63,681 nt of DNA, filler included, from Octopus bimaculoides (GCF_001194135.2; 7 parts of 6 records of this genome joined end to end with filler, not necessarily neighbours in it), one strand, 5' to 3'. Shown: positions 13,707 through 26,469, counted from the first letter of the whole stretch. Made by a program: numbers and translations. The notes: generated from the letters alone by a model not told the origin.

Positions 13707-14224
13707 CAGTCGCACTGCGTGGAACCTTAGGCAAGTGTCCTTTACTATAGCTTCGGACCGAGTGGATTTGGTAGACGGAAACTGTGCATACACACACACA
13801 CACANNNNNNNNNNNNNNNNNNNNNNNNNNNNNNNNNNNNNNNNNNNNNNNNNNNNNNNNNNNNNNNNNNNNNNNNNNNNNNNNNNNNNNNNNNNNNNNN
13901 NNNNNNNNNNNNNNNNNNNNNNNNNNNNNNNNNNNNNNNNNNNNNNNNNNNNNNNNNNNNNNNNNNNNNNNNNNNNNNNNNNNNNNNNNNNNNNNNNNNN
14001 NNNNNNNNNNNNNNNNNNNNNNNNNNNNNNNNNNNNNNNNNNNNNNNNNNNNNNNNNNNNNNNNNNNNNNNNNNNNNNNNNNNNNNNNNNNNNNNNNNNN
14101 NNNNNNNNNNNNNNNNNNNNNNNNNNNNNNNNNNNNNNNNNNNNNNNNNNNNNNNNNNNNNNNNNNNNNNNNNNNNNNNNNNNNNNNNNNNNNNNNNNNN
14201 NNNNNNNNNATATATATATATATT

Positions 14225-14257
<33 letters not shown>

Positions 14258-16039
14258 ATTTATATATATATATATATATTATATATGTGTGTGTATGTAT
14301 GTATGTATGCATATGTATATGTGTGTGTATATATATATATATGTGTGTGTGCGTGCGAGTATATGTGTGCGTGTAATTATCAATGCAAAAAGATACTAAA
14401 AAGATATATTAATATATAAAGATATATTAAACACATTATAGTATAAGTGGCTCGCTAGCAATCAAAAACTCAAAAGGAATTACTAATGAAAGGGTGCAAA
14501 ATAGCATCAGCGATTTCTAAAAATAAGAGTCAAAATTAACTCCAAAAGCCACGAAAATTTTCTAGATGCTTTTTCAAAACGGTTTTTCTTATAAGTTGAC
14601 GAGGCGAGTTTGGCTTACCCCTAGGCACAATAAGAACCACCGACGAGAATTAAGATGCTGTGCATCAGAATTGGAAATCATGTGATATAGGTATATCTGC
14701 TACTTCAGATATATGACTCGAGAAGCCTTCTCTGAGTCGTGACACTTTCAGAGATTTGTGAATATGTAACAAGAGTGTGCACATACATGTGTGTGTATGT
14801 GTCGATTTACATATACTTGTGTAATGGGGGCAGATGTTTATTTTGTACATGTGCTTATATGTGTTTCCTCTTTCAATGTGTGCATGTATGTTGTATACAC
14901 ACACATAAAAGCGTGCATATATTCATTCCAGGAAACTAAAGTGGAGAATATTTGGAATGTTTTATAAGTTAAGTACCGTGTTTCGAATTAGAGGATGTGA
15001 GTCAGTTTATTTTCTGGCTATTATGCAAATCTATTGTTGTACAATGTAGTGCATCTAAAATAATAGATGGGAATAAGAATTTATAACGTGGATAAACTGT
15101 AATTTCTGCATTAGTTTACAATGTTCTTTCTTCCCCCGCATTAGATGAAACATTGACATCTTATGAGCAGTTAAACTGTAAGAGTGTATGTTAAGAACCA
15201 TATAGTTCCGGGTTCAATCCTACTGCGTAGCACCTTACATGACATTTTATTGCTTGTCCACATAAAGCAATAGTGGGTCTATAGTGTTTCACAGGGTTGC
15301 TGTTTTTATTGGATTGTTCCATCAGTACTCCTTATTTTCAAAAATGTGCATAAATTCTTGTTTTGCCGAACCCTTCGTACAGCTGACAGGACAATCCTTC
15401 CTGTAAATAAAACTGTAAATATTTTTGGTAGTAAAGTCATGTCTCCTGGGATGGTAGTATTTTGGAGACAGTTTATATTGGTATATTTGATGTGGAGATG
15501 TGAATTCATCATTGTCTCACAGATATTTAGTAGCTATTACGTGTTCATGAACATCAGAGACAAATCCTTCTAGGTAAAATATGATATATCTAATACGGAT
15601 CTAGGAATGGCTATAGGTTCTTGGTGTTCCCTAACACCCATACATAACTTTCTACTGATGAGTGTTTCTTCTCAAATTTTTTTTAACGGTTGCTCAGTCC
15701 AACTACTGTTGAATTATGTGGAAATGCTGCATACACTTATCTAGGAATTATGCATCTACATTATGATGTTATTATTTCCCCGTTGAATAAATATGGGTTG
15801 TACACATTTCTTTTTTTACTGATCAGTGGATGTTCCTGTGATAGGATGCAGCACCGATTTCATACCTCCATTTATCGTTTACCATAAATCTTCTCAGATT
15901 CCTGTAGAAGTTACAATATCGTTCTAGGTTTGATACCCAGCACTGGCAAAGGCATTGTGGATTGAGCTATGCTCATATTCAATGCAGAGAGTTTTAATTT
16001 CCATATTTCCGAAATCTACTCATGAACTTTTTTGACACA

Positions 16040-16575
16040 CCTAACATGTAGTTTTGGGACACCCTCGAAAGGGCTGACTAGAACGGACAGAGTTACAGAC
16101 AAGTTGTTACCTTGGAATATTCCCGTAAATAATCTAATTGTGTGTGTATGTATGTATGCATGTATGTATGTATGTATGTATGTATGCATGCATGCAGTCT
16201 CTACAAACAGAAATTCTGATATATTTTCTCCTGATATATTTCTTCTCTTAAAAGCTGAACTAATCAACTATCTAATTCCCATGAACCAAGGAGGAACCAA
16301 GCAGTTCGCAAGATCATTCTGTCGTCACGTCCTTCGCAGCTCATTTGTAATGTGTATGGCTTAATTTTCAAGTGGTGGCCTGGCCAGTCATAGTAAAATA
16401 CCTGAGGTCACATATCTCAGAATCTGATGCCAAGAGACAGACATTTCAAATGTTACATCTGTGAACGTGCATGCAGAACGGAAGCTGGGCTGAAGAATCA
16501 CCTGAATGCAAATAACTGTGCAAGGTTCAATGAAAGCATGGCACCCTTTTGACAATGAGGAACAATCATCATGTA
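16040..16575 (+). mobile_element. RTE-type LINE 3' fragment with degenerate C2H2 zinc-finger motifs
   Basis: 16445: FKCYICERACRTEAGLKNHLNA; a second decayed finger (QLICNVYGLIFK) at ~16337; ends in catcatg-tatata tail; interrupted by (ATGT)n. Confidence 0.5.
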
Positions 16576-17785
16576 TATATGTAGGGTCACTGAGTACTGT
16601 TGATAACATGTAACCCAGTAAGGGCGGATGAGCTCAATAGAATCAACGGTTAACCAATAGCTGGGAGTGAGAGATCCCCAGTCTCTAGGAGGAAGAAAAC
16701 AGCTGTAACAGTTATGAATTCGCTTGCATCAAATGATGTAAACTAGTTCTTCTTTAAGGGGAAAATGCATAGATTGTTCAGAGAGTGATATTAAACCTAT
16801 GCGAGGCCATTCTTCATTTTATAAAAGCTTCAAACATAGGTACTGTTTGGTTTTTAACATCTCTATTTAAAAGATCTACTGTATGTTGCATATCTAAAAA
16901 TATCTACTGTATGTTGCTGGTCATAGCCAAAAAAAAAAAAAAAGGCAAAACACTCGATGCAAAAATCCAATGACTGAATGAAGATATGAATTAACGTAGG
17001 TCGTGAGCTCTCTCAATAGCCACTGTACTAGGTGTTCATCGTTGCCGCTTCTGTGTAAAAGTTAAGTTTGTAGGTCTCTAGTAGGATTGTAAAGCCCCAT
17101 CCGTGATATTGCTTAAGAAAACACTCATGCGATGGCATTTACTCGAAATCATGTTGCATGCATGTATGCACGCATGTACGTATGCATGCATGCATGCATG
17201 TATGTATGTATGTATGTATGTATGTATGTATGTATGTATGCGTGCATGTTTGTACGTATATATATGAATGCAGGCATTTTTATATTATATGTGTATGAAA
17301 GTGTGTATATGCATCCATTTATGTTATGTATGTATGTTCGTAAATATGTATATGTAGGCATGCAATTACATATTAGGTATGTATGTGTGTACGTACGTGT
17401 TTCTTCTTGCGTACGAATCGAATTATTCATTTCTAAGAATTTTATTTCTCTTAAAGTTCTATTAAATGCTAACTTATACAATTCACTTTCAGTTAAATGA
17501 CAAATGTTTTGCAAGTCATCTTGCAATATAATAGTAAAGAAAAAAAAATGAAATAAAATAAACACACCATGAACGAGTTAAGAAAACAATATTTCATTCT
17601 GGTCCAGTGCATAGTAGAAGGAATATAAACGATAAACGAATAAAACGCTCCAGTTAGTGAGTGTAAATATAAATTTATTTAAGTGTTTAACATTTATTCT
17701 CAATCAGTGTGTTTAAGTAAAAGTTACCCTTTAAATGAGTTTCACAAAAGCTTGAAAGCTTTATAGCTTTTTTTTTTTGACACAG

Positions 17786-17867
17786 ATTGGGGTGAAATAT
17801 CTATTCGTGCATGACAACGTCTACTCAGTATGTCAAATCTTGTCTTCTGGATTTTGGTTTCGATTAG
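17786..17867 (+). CDS. Candidate internal exon, unknown product
   Basis: Poly-T acceptor tttttttttttgacacag|, donor ag|gtaaat; 82 nt with a single open frame IGVKYLFVHDNVYSVCQILSSGFWFRL. Confidence 0.3.
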
Positions 17868-18307
17868 GTAAATAGTAGCAGTGTACACCAGTCAGGAAAA
17901 GTTCTGTAAAGGTACCCTACAAAACCTTGGTATTGCAACAGAAAAAAACATGGAGAAAAAAGCAGTGATAGAAATTTTAAAATTGTGGTTCTTATAATTG
18001 GTGTTTGCTTCAAAATAAGCCCTGGTAGAGGAGATTAAATGTTCAAACGACAATCCAGGCGTGATCAGCTAATCTTTTTTTCTTTTCCAAATATAATCTA
18101 AATACAGATTGTAACGTTTAATTACGCAATTTTGTTTTCACCAATGAAAAGGGAGTAACTTGAGGGACAATTTGGCCACTATTTCTAACAGGTCAAACGT
18201 CCACATTGATATTTTTTCGTTGTATGATGAGTTAGTAGGAAGAAGGCTAAATGCAAATTTTTGGTATATTTCGTTCAATTTTTGGTGTATTTCGTTATTA
18301 CCTTCGT

Positions 18308-18713
18308 TGTATGGTAAGAAGCTTGTTTTCCAACCACATGGTTCCGAGATCAGTCGCACTGCGTGGCATCTTGGGAAAGTGCCTTCTAGCATAGCCCTAG
18401 GCCGACCAAAGCCTTATGAGTAGATTTGATTGACGGAAACTGAAAGAAACCCGTCGCATATATATATACATGTATACATGTATGTATGCGTGCGCGCGTC
18501 TTTGTGTCTGTGCTTGTCCACTCACTATCGCTTGACAACTGGGGCTAATGTGTTTCCGTCCCCGTAAACTAGCAGTGGGGCAAAAAATATCGATGGAATA
18601 GATATATAAAAAAAAAAATAAGTGCTTGGGTCGATTCATTCGACTAAAAGTTCTTCAAGGCGGTGCCCCAGCATGGCTGCAATTAAACGATTGAAACAAG
18701 TTGAAGATAAAAG
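18308..18713 (+). mobile_element. SINE family A, full length
   Basis: Head, core, (TA)/(TG) spacer and tail are all present. Confidence 0.88.
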
Positions 18714-18822
18714 ATTTTCGTGTTTTCTTTTTGTTCATCTCGGCTCTCAGTCCAGTTTCGTTGTTAATTGTCAAATATTCCATTTTTCTTTCAAATCTAT
18801 GATTGTCTATCAATATCTTTTA

Positions 18823-19205
18823 ATTTTTACTTGTTTCAGTTGTAGGGTTGCACCTTGTATAAATTTTAGTCATGAGGAGTTAAGTCATGAGGAGGTAAGT
18901 CATGAGGAGTTAAACAAACCAGCACTAGTTATCATGCGGTAATGGGGGACGAATACAAGCACACACACACACAAAAAACACAGACACACACACACACACA
19001 CACACAAACACAGACACACACACATGCACATATACACGTATATGTATGAATGTATACGTTAGGCTTCTTTCAGTTTCCTTCTACCAAATCCACTCACAAG
19101 GCTTTGGTCGGCTTGAAGCTATAGTAGAAGGCATTCCCAGGAGCCACGCAGCAGGGCTGAACCCAGAGCCATGTGATTGAGAAGCTAACTTCCCACCACA
19201 CAGGC
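18823..19205 (-). mobile_element. SINE family A, diverged, containing a 15-bp x3 tandem repeat and (CA)n
   Basis: Reverse-complement match to family A; agtcatgaggag(t/g)ta x3 at 18868-18912. Confidence 0.75.
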
Positions 19206-19285
19206 CTGCCGGCACCTCATTATTCAACCAAGAGTCTCAATGGAATTACTTGGCCTGTTAGAAATAACCACTAAATCTACCTCAA

Positions 19286-19455
19286 GTTAGCGCATCGAAT
19301 CAAAATGCTTCTTCCAGCCTGTTACGTTCTGAGTTCAAATTTCACCGACGTCATTTGTGCCTTTCATCCTTTCGAGGTCAAGAGAATAAAATACCAGTCA
19401 AGTGTCGATGTAATCGATTAACCCTACCCCTGCCCCCAAATTTACTGGCTTTGGA
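19286..19455 (+). mobile_element. SINE family C (tRNA-derived)
   Basis: gttagcgcat...aaaatgctt...ttacgttctgagttcaaatttcaccgacgtc...tttcatcctttcgaggtc. Related copies at ~6395-6450(-), 10490-10590(+), 43285-43370(+), 44432-44580(-), 62715-62850(-). Confidence 0.75.
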
Positions 19456-19607
19456 AGAAAAATTGAAACAGTTATACCTCATTGAGAATGTTTCTAATTT
19501 TAGATACAGCTTGAAAAGACGGGATAGGCACAAATGGGATGGCTTTGGTCGATTATTCATGCATTTAATCAGAGTAAACACAAAGACACACATAAACGCA
19601 TATATAT

Positions 19608-19755
19608 GACGGGCTTCTTCATGTTTCCGTCTACCAAATATACTTACAAGGCTTTGGTTGGGCAGAGACTATAGTTGAAGACACTTGCCCAAGGTGCCAC
19701 ACACTGAGACTGAACCCAGAACCATGTGGTTGGAAAGCACGCTTCTTATCATAGA
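19608..19755 (-). mobile_element. SINE family A, 5' half
   Basis: gacgggcttctt...gacacttgcccaaggtgccac...gaaccatgtggttggaaagc. Confidence 0.85.
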
Positions 19756-19876
19756 CACGCTTGCGCTTTTACTTTCAATTCTCAAGTGTGAAAACTCTCT
19801 GGGGAGTATTTCTGCAAAAAGAATCTTTGCATTTGCGGTCAACAATGCATTCGATTCCAAACAATTCTCGTTGTAA

Positions 19877-20038
19877 TGGCGACAGAGCTCCGTCGTTCGG
19901 AGATGGGGATCCAGTTGTACGATCAACTGAATTGCCTACAAGTGAATTAATGTCTAAGTGGTTGGGTATTCCCCAGACACGTGTACCCTTAACGTAATTC
20001 TCAGGTAAAATCAGTGAGACACAGTGTGTGACAAGGCT
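19877..20038 (-). mobile_element. SINE family B, 3' tail
   Basis: Reverse-complement match to the tail of the 52387 copy (cacgtgtacccttaacgta...). Confidence 0.75.
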
Positions 20039-20504
20039 ATACAGTTTGATTTACAGACACAATCAAACCGTTGGACTTCTACATAGGGATCAAACCTGGC
20101 ACTTGTGGATTCGAAGCAAGTTTCTTACAGTTCGCTCATAATGTACTGTAGATTGTACACAATCGATAAATCGGCCACGTTTACAAATTATCCTTTCTAA
20201 CTCACCTAGGCCTGTTAGCAAAGCACATAGACCTCAGGTACAATAATACCTCTTGGGACTTCACACCACTGACCCTTGTAAATCCCCACCCTCATAACCC
20301 CCTCACAGTGTGCCTTCACAGTTAACTTTTATACTCAACAAATTCGGCCAACCGCAATATACAAATATTGTTTCATCCATTGGGTAGTGTTTCTTCTGTT
20401 GATGAGATCAATCTTTATACACACACGCAAGCATGCACGCACGCTGGCACGTACGCGCGCACGTACGAACACGCGAACGCACGTTCACACGCAAGCGTAG
20501 GCAC

Positions 20505-20571
<67 letters not shown>

Positions 20572-20671
20572 GTATACATGTATCGAATGCGAAAGAAAAG
20601 TAGATAGATAAACACACTACATATACAGTCGTGCACACACTTATATGTTTGTATGAATGTATGTGTGTTTT

Positions 20672-20703
<32 letters not shown>

Positions 20704-22171
20704 CGTGTGCGTGCGTGTGTGTATGTTTGTGTGTGTGTGTGTGTGTGTGTGTGCAACCAGTATGTTGCCATTTNNNNNNNNNNNNNNNNNNNNNNNNNNN
20801 NNNNNNNNNNNNNNNNNNNNNNNNNNNNNNNNNNNNNNNNNNNNNNNNNNNNNNNNNNNNNNNNNNNNNNNNNNNNNNNNNNNNNNNNNNNNNNNNNNNN
20901 NNNNNNNNNNNNNNNNNNNNNNNNNNNNNNNNNNNNNNNNNNNNNNNNNNNNNNNNNNNNNNNNNNNNNNNNNNNNNNNNNNNNNNNNNNNNNNNNNNNN
21001 NNNNNNNNNNNNNNNNNNNNNNNNNNNNNNNNNNNNNNNNNNNNNNNNNNNNNNNNNNNNNNNNNNNNNNNNNNNNNNNNNNNNNNNNNNNNNNNNNNNN
21101 NNNNNNNNNNNNNNNNNNNNNNNNNNNNNNNNNNNNNNNNNNNNNNNNNNNNNNNNNNNNNNNNNNNNNNNNNNNNNNNNNNNNNNNNNNNNNNNNNNNN
21201 NNNNNNNNNNNNNNNNNNNNNNNNNNNNNNNNNNNNNNNNNNNNNNNNNNNNNNNNNNNNNNNNNNNNNNNNNNNNNNNNNNNNNNNNNNNNNNNNNNNN
21301 NNNNNNNNNNNNNNNNNNNNNNNNNNNNNNNNNNNNNNNNNNNNNNNNNNNNNNNNNNNNNNNNNNNNNNNNNNNNNNNNNNNNNNNNNNNNNNNNNAGA
21401 GAGAGAGAGAGAGAGATGGGTTTAGAAAATAGCTCTTGCAGCGGAAATGACAAGGAAGAAACTATGAAAACATAGCGATATATAAGCAGTCACATATGTC
21501 ATAGCACTAAGGAATGTTTAACAGTTGACGTCAGCGACAATGATATACAAACAAGTATGTATGCGCGTACATAAGCACACACACACACACACAAACATAC
21601 ACATACACACACACACACAAACATACACATACACACATAGTGGCTACATGTGTAACTATATACAGTCAAGACTAATTACATAGACATACATTGTGTGCAT
21701 TTAGAGAAAATCTCTCTTACGTTTTTTTTCTCACGTCCAACTTTAAATATGATGAATAAATAAATAGATAAGGAAATGCAGACTACACAATTAAATGAAG
21801 GGCAATCCCAAAAGACCCGGTCCGAATAAGAGAATCTATTTGAAGAGACGAAAAGAATTTCTAGCAGGGAAATCCTTAAATAAATGTTGGTTGTTAAAAT
21901 ACATAAATAGCTTATTTTTCAAGTGGTGTCATTAACATATGTTGTTTATACGGCTTTTTCTTTTTGCCGACATATTTATATAATGACAGTGGTGCCATTT
22001 AATTAGTGTCATGGCCATCTAATATGTATTAATTAAAAAAAGCGGTTTCATTACATTGCTGTACTGAGTTCGAATTCTGCTCAGAACATGGGAGAAATTT
22101 AACATGGGTGATTTGAACATTTACACAAGAACGCAGTTTCAAATATTCTTCGTATGGACAAAGCTGTGTGG

Positions 22172-22411
22172 TGAACAGGATCGTTTAGCAATTAACGTGT
22201 AAGTGGCTGAGCACTCCACAGACACGTGTACCCTTAACGTAGTTCTCGGGGAGATTCAGCGCGACACTAAATGTGACAAAGCTGGCCCTTCGAAATACAG
22301 GTACAACAGAAACAGGAAGAAAGAGTGAGAGAAAGTTGTGGTGAAAGAGTACAGCAGGGTTCACCACTACCCCTTGCCGGAGCCTCGTGGAGCTTTAGGT
22401 TTTTTTGCTGA
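22172..22411 (-). mobile_element. SINE family B (subtype with ctaaagctccacgaggctccggc module), truncated by a gap
   Basis: Close reverse-complement match to 52485-52700. Confidence 0.88.
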
Positions 22412-22924
22412 NNNNNNNNNNNNNNNNNNNNNNNNNNNNNNNNNNNNNNNNNNNNNNNNNNNNNNNNNNNNNNNNNNNNNNNNNNNNNNNNNNNNNNNNN
22501 NNNNNNNNNNNNNNNNNNNNNNNNNNNNNNNNNNNNNNNNNNNNNNNNNNNNNNNNNNNNNNNNNNNNNNNNNNNNNNNNNNNNNNNNNNNNNNNNNNNN
22601 NNNNNNNNNNNNNNNNNNNNNNNNNNNNNNNNNNNNNNNNNNNNNNNNNNNNNNNNNNNNNNNNNNNNNNNNNNNNNNNNNNNNNNNNNNNNNNNNNNNA
22701 AACGTATATACACCATAACGTATATACGCACACGAGTATATTTAAAACCATATGTCTGGTATATTGAATATTAAAATAGTGGAACTTCAAATTATGGATT
22801 GAAAAAAATCAATCATATAATTAAAATGATAGTGTAATAATATAAAATTTGGCCTCGGCGAAATTTAAATGAGAAAACTTAGTAACTGCCGAATATCGCC
22901 CAAAAATTTTTATTGAGCTCAATC

Positions 22925-23157
22925 AAAGCTCTGTCATCACCATCGCATTACAATCAATGATAATAAAAATGATAAATAAATTCAATGGAAGTAATTAAGT
23001 AAACAATAAAAATAATAAGAATAATAATAAAACTATGATAAAAAATAAAATAAAACAAATCCATTCTGGTGTTCGATGTCACTAAAAACACATTTCGGTC
23101 GACTGTAAATACGCGGTATTATTATTGATTGTAATGCGATGGTGATGACAGAACTTT
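22925..23157. repeat. 41-bp inverted repeat with AT-rich spacer (MITE-like)
   Basis: 22925-22965 vs 23117-23157, 2 mismatches. Confidence 0.85.
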
Positions 23158-23806
23158 AAACTGTGCCTTTGGATTAGTTTCTGCAAAAATTCTTGACTAA
23201 TAACGCACATTTTTTTTTCTCATAGCGTTGATTGGAATCGTTTCCTGAAACACTATAGACTATAATAAACTATTTGCAAGTGAGAGGTGTCAACCGTCTC
23301 ACTCTACCATTGAAAGGGTTGAGTGATCAGAAAAAAACCCCTCAATATATCATGTTTACTTTTTGATGGCCTTCACTTTAATGCCGAATATGGTTGACTG
23401 CTAAATTCCTCCGAGTTCTCTACACCTTAACAACAGCAAGATCTGCTATTTCACCTATAGCACTATCATCCCGGGCCACAGAAAACAGCCAGACTCTTTC
23501 AGGCTTCTGGAATGCCGAATGGAGTGATCTTTTCGTTCAGGATTAAGGAAGGGATTAAAGAAGGAGTCAGTATCCAGTTAGGGAACTACGAAACTTGATT
23601 GACCACGGAACCGAATCAAACTGTTCCAAATAATACACGTAACTCCGACTAAATGTGATGGGTGCCCTTTTATTTCGTTGGTCCTCCCACGTGCCCCTCT
23701 CTCTCTTTCTCTTTCTTTCTCTCTCTCTCTATATATATTTATATATATGGTATATATACGTACGTACATACATACATACATACATACATGCATATATATG
23801 AGTCTG

Positions 23807-23858
<52 letters not shown>

Positions 23859-24359
23859 NNNNNNNNNNNNNNNNNNNNNNNNNNNNNNNNNNNNNNNNNN
23901 NNNNNNNNNNNNNNNNNNNNNNNNNNNNNNNNNNNNNNNNNNNNNNNNNNNNNNNNNNNNNNNNNNNNNNNNNNNNNNNNNNNNNNNNNNNNNNNNNNNN
24001 NNNNNNNNNNNNNNNNNNNNNNNNNNNNNNNNNNNNNNNNNNNNNNNNNNNNNNNNNNNNNNNNNNNNNNNNNNNNNNNNNNNNNNNNNNNNNNNNNNNN
24101 NNNNNNNNNNNNNNNNNNNNNNNNNNNNNNNNNNNNNNNNNNNNNNNNNNNNNNNNNNNNNNNNNNNNNNNNNNNNNNNNNNNNNNNNNNNNNNNNNNNN
24201 NNNNNNNNNNNNNNNNNNNNNNNNNNNNNNNNNNNNNNNNNNNNNNNNNNNNNNNNNNNNNNNNNNNNNNNNNNNNNNNNNNNNNNNNNNNNNNNNNNNN
24301 NNNNNNNNNNNNNNNNNNNNNNNNNNNNNNNNNNNNNNNNNNNNNNNNNNNNNNNNNNN

Positions 24360-24391
<32 letters not shown>

Positions 24392-24923
24392 ATATATATG
24401 TATATATATTTATATAGACATGAATGTATACACACACACATGCACATATGTATATTATAAATGTATATATATATCGATGGCGGGTTTCCCCACGTTTTCC
24501 ATAACAAAAATCTTCAAATAAAAAAGAAAAAAATTCCACATGCTGAGACAACACCTAAAGATGATAGCATAGCACAACCTACCGCGGAATGGGATTGAAA
24601 ACGAAACCACGCAGTAAATGATCGAACTTCATAACCACACAACAATGCCTATAAAGAGTTTCTTAACTTATACATTATCCACACAGGTCACGGAATGCAT
24701 GAACAGTAAACATTGTCATATCTAGACGCTTGCTGCCTTAATACCGACCAAAGGTTACGAATATGTAACCAGACAACACACCGGCAGACAAACATGCACA
24801 CACATACACACACATACGCACGCACAAACACAATATCCTATATATACATGCATATATATATATGTATATATATATATATNNNNNNNNNNNNNNNNNNNNN
24901 NNNNNNNNNNNNNNNNNNNNNNN

Positions 24924-24935
24924 TTAATTAATTAA
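24924..24935. other. Assembly linker TTAATTAATTAA inside a 44N+12+44N spacer (also at 39247, 50104, 56607, 59119, 61269)
   Basis: Identical 12-mer centred in fixed 100-bp spacers six times; carries stops in all six frames. Confidence 0.97.
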
Positions 24936-24979
24936 NNNNNNNNNNNNNNNNNNNNNNNNNNNNNNNNNNNNNNNNNNNN

Positions 24980-25953
24980 AATACGAACATTTCAGAGTGT
25001 TTGGGTGTCAATCTGAGAAGAGTGCAGAGGATTCAGAAAGAGTTGGATGAGTCTAATGGTGATTACGAAGGTACGGCAGCTCGGAAATGTCACTCTGATC
25101 GTTCTAATAAGGAAGGAACTCCTGATTTTGTTGGTGAGATCCAGACCATGATTGACAACGATTCCTCCGAGTCAATCAGGTCTATCGGCAGGGACATGGG
25201 AGTGTCTGAGTTTCTTATCAGGCAGGTAGTGCATGAAGACATTCGGTATTCCTCATACAAGATGAGAAACGGCCAATTTTTATCCCAAGTTATCAAGGAC
25301 AAGAGGAAAGACCGCGCTACGAAGCTTTTGAACAAAATCTAGCACCCACTCCAACCGGACATGCTTTGGTCTTTCTCAGACGAGAAAAATTTCTGCCAGG
25401 GTCATATGGTAAACACACAGAACAATCGTTGGCTTGCTGTGTCCCCAAAACATGTACCGAGAGTGATAAAAATCAAGCATCCCGTCAACATCATGGCGTT
25501 TGGAGTGACCATTAGTGATGGCGACGCTATGCCTCCATTCATCTTCCCACACGGCCTCACACTCAGCCCGGAGGCCTACATCAAGTGCCTGGAGGAGGCA
25601 GTGCTGCCTCGAGTCAAGAGGGTGGCTGCTAGAAGACCCTATGTCCGGCAACAGCACTCTGCACCATGCCACACAAGCAGGAAAACCCAGTCATGACTGT
25701 CAGACAATTTCTGCGACCACATCACCCGTAACATCTAGCCACCTAACTCTCCAGACTGTAACCCCCTTTATTATTATGTGTGGGGTGCAGTTGAGTGAGA
25801 GACCAACAGAACTCCTTGTAGCACCAAAGATGAACTGAAGACAAGAATTATGGCAGCATTCACCAACTTCAACAAGGAGACCGTCCAGAAGAGTTGTAGG
25901 AGATTCCGAAGCCGTCTGGAAGCCGTGGTTGAAGCCAATGGCGATTTTATTGA
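24980..25953 (+). pseudogene. Tc1/mariner DD37D (maT-type) transposase pseudogene
   Basis: One reading frame with in-frame stops: ...FSDEKNF...QQHSAPCHTSRKTQS*LSDNFCDHITRNI*PPNSPDCNPLYYYVWG...EAVVEANGDFI. 37 residues separate the second and third catalytic positions. Both ends run into gaps. Confidence 0.92.
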
Positions 25954-26207
25954 NNNNNNNNNNNNNNNNNNNNNNNNNNNNNNNNNNNNNNNNNNNNNNN
26001 NNNNNNNNNNNNNNNNNNNNNNNNNNNNNNNNNNNNNNNNNNNNNNNNNNNNNNNNNNNNNNNNNNNNNNNNNNNNNNNNNNNNNNNNNNNNNNNNNNNN
26101 NNNNNNNNNNNNNNNNNNNNNNNNNNNNNNNNNNNNNNNNNNNNNNNNNNNNNNNNNNNNNNNNNNNNNNNNNNNNNNNNNNNNNNNNNNNNNNNNTATA
26201 TATATAC

Positions 26208-26260
<53 letters not shown>

Positions 26261-26469
26261 AAGAGAGAGAGATAGGGGGGAGAAAGAGAAAGAGAGAGAG
26301 AGAGAGAAATAGAGAGAGAGAGAGAAAGAGAAAGTGAGAGACAGGGGGAGGGAGAGGAAGAAATATGGGGTTGTTAATTATGATTATAAACAAAGGAGTT
26401 AAGTCATGAATTTTAAAAAAATATCCATTAATTGTTAATAAGTTTAATAAGGAATTCTGACACCTGAGT

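Noticed and set aside
15320-15570. Minus-strand frame with an internal TGA (…ATKYL*DNDEF…) as possible selenocysteine
   Set aside because: No selenoprotein motif and no recognisable SECIS; antisense to an open frame, so the openness is easily by chance.
23290-23580. Possible CR1/L2 LINE 3' fragment
   Set aside because: No diagnostic motif could be recovered in any frame; left unassigned.
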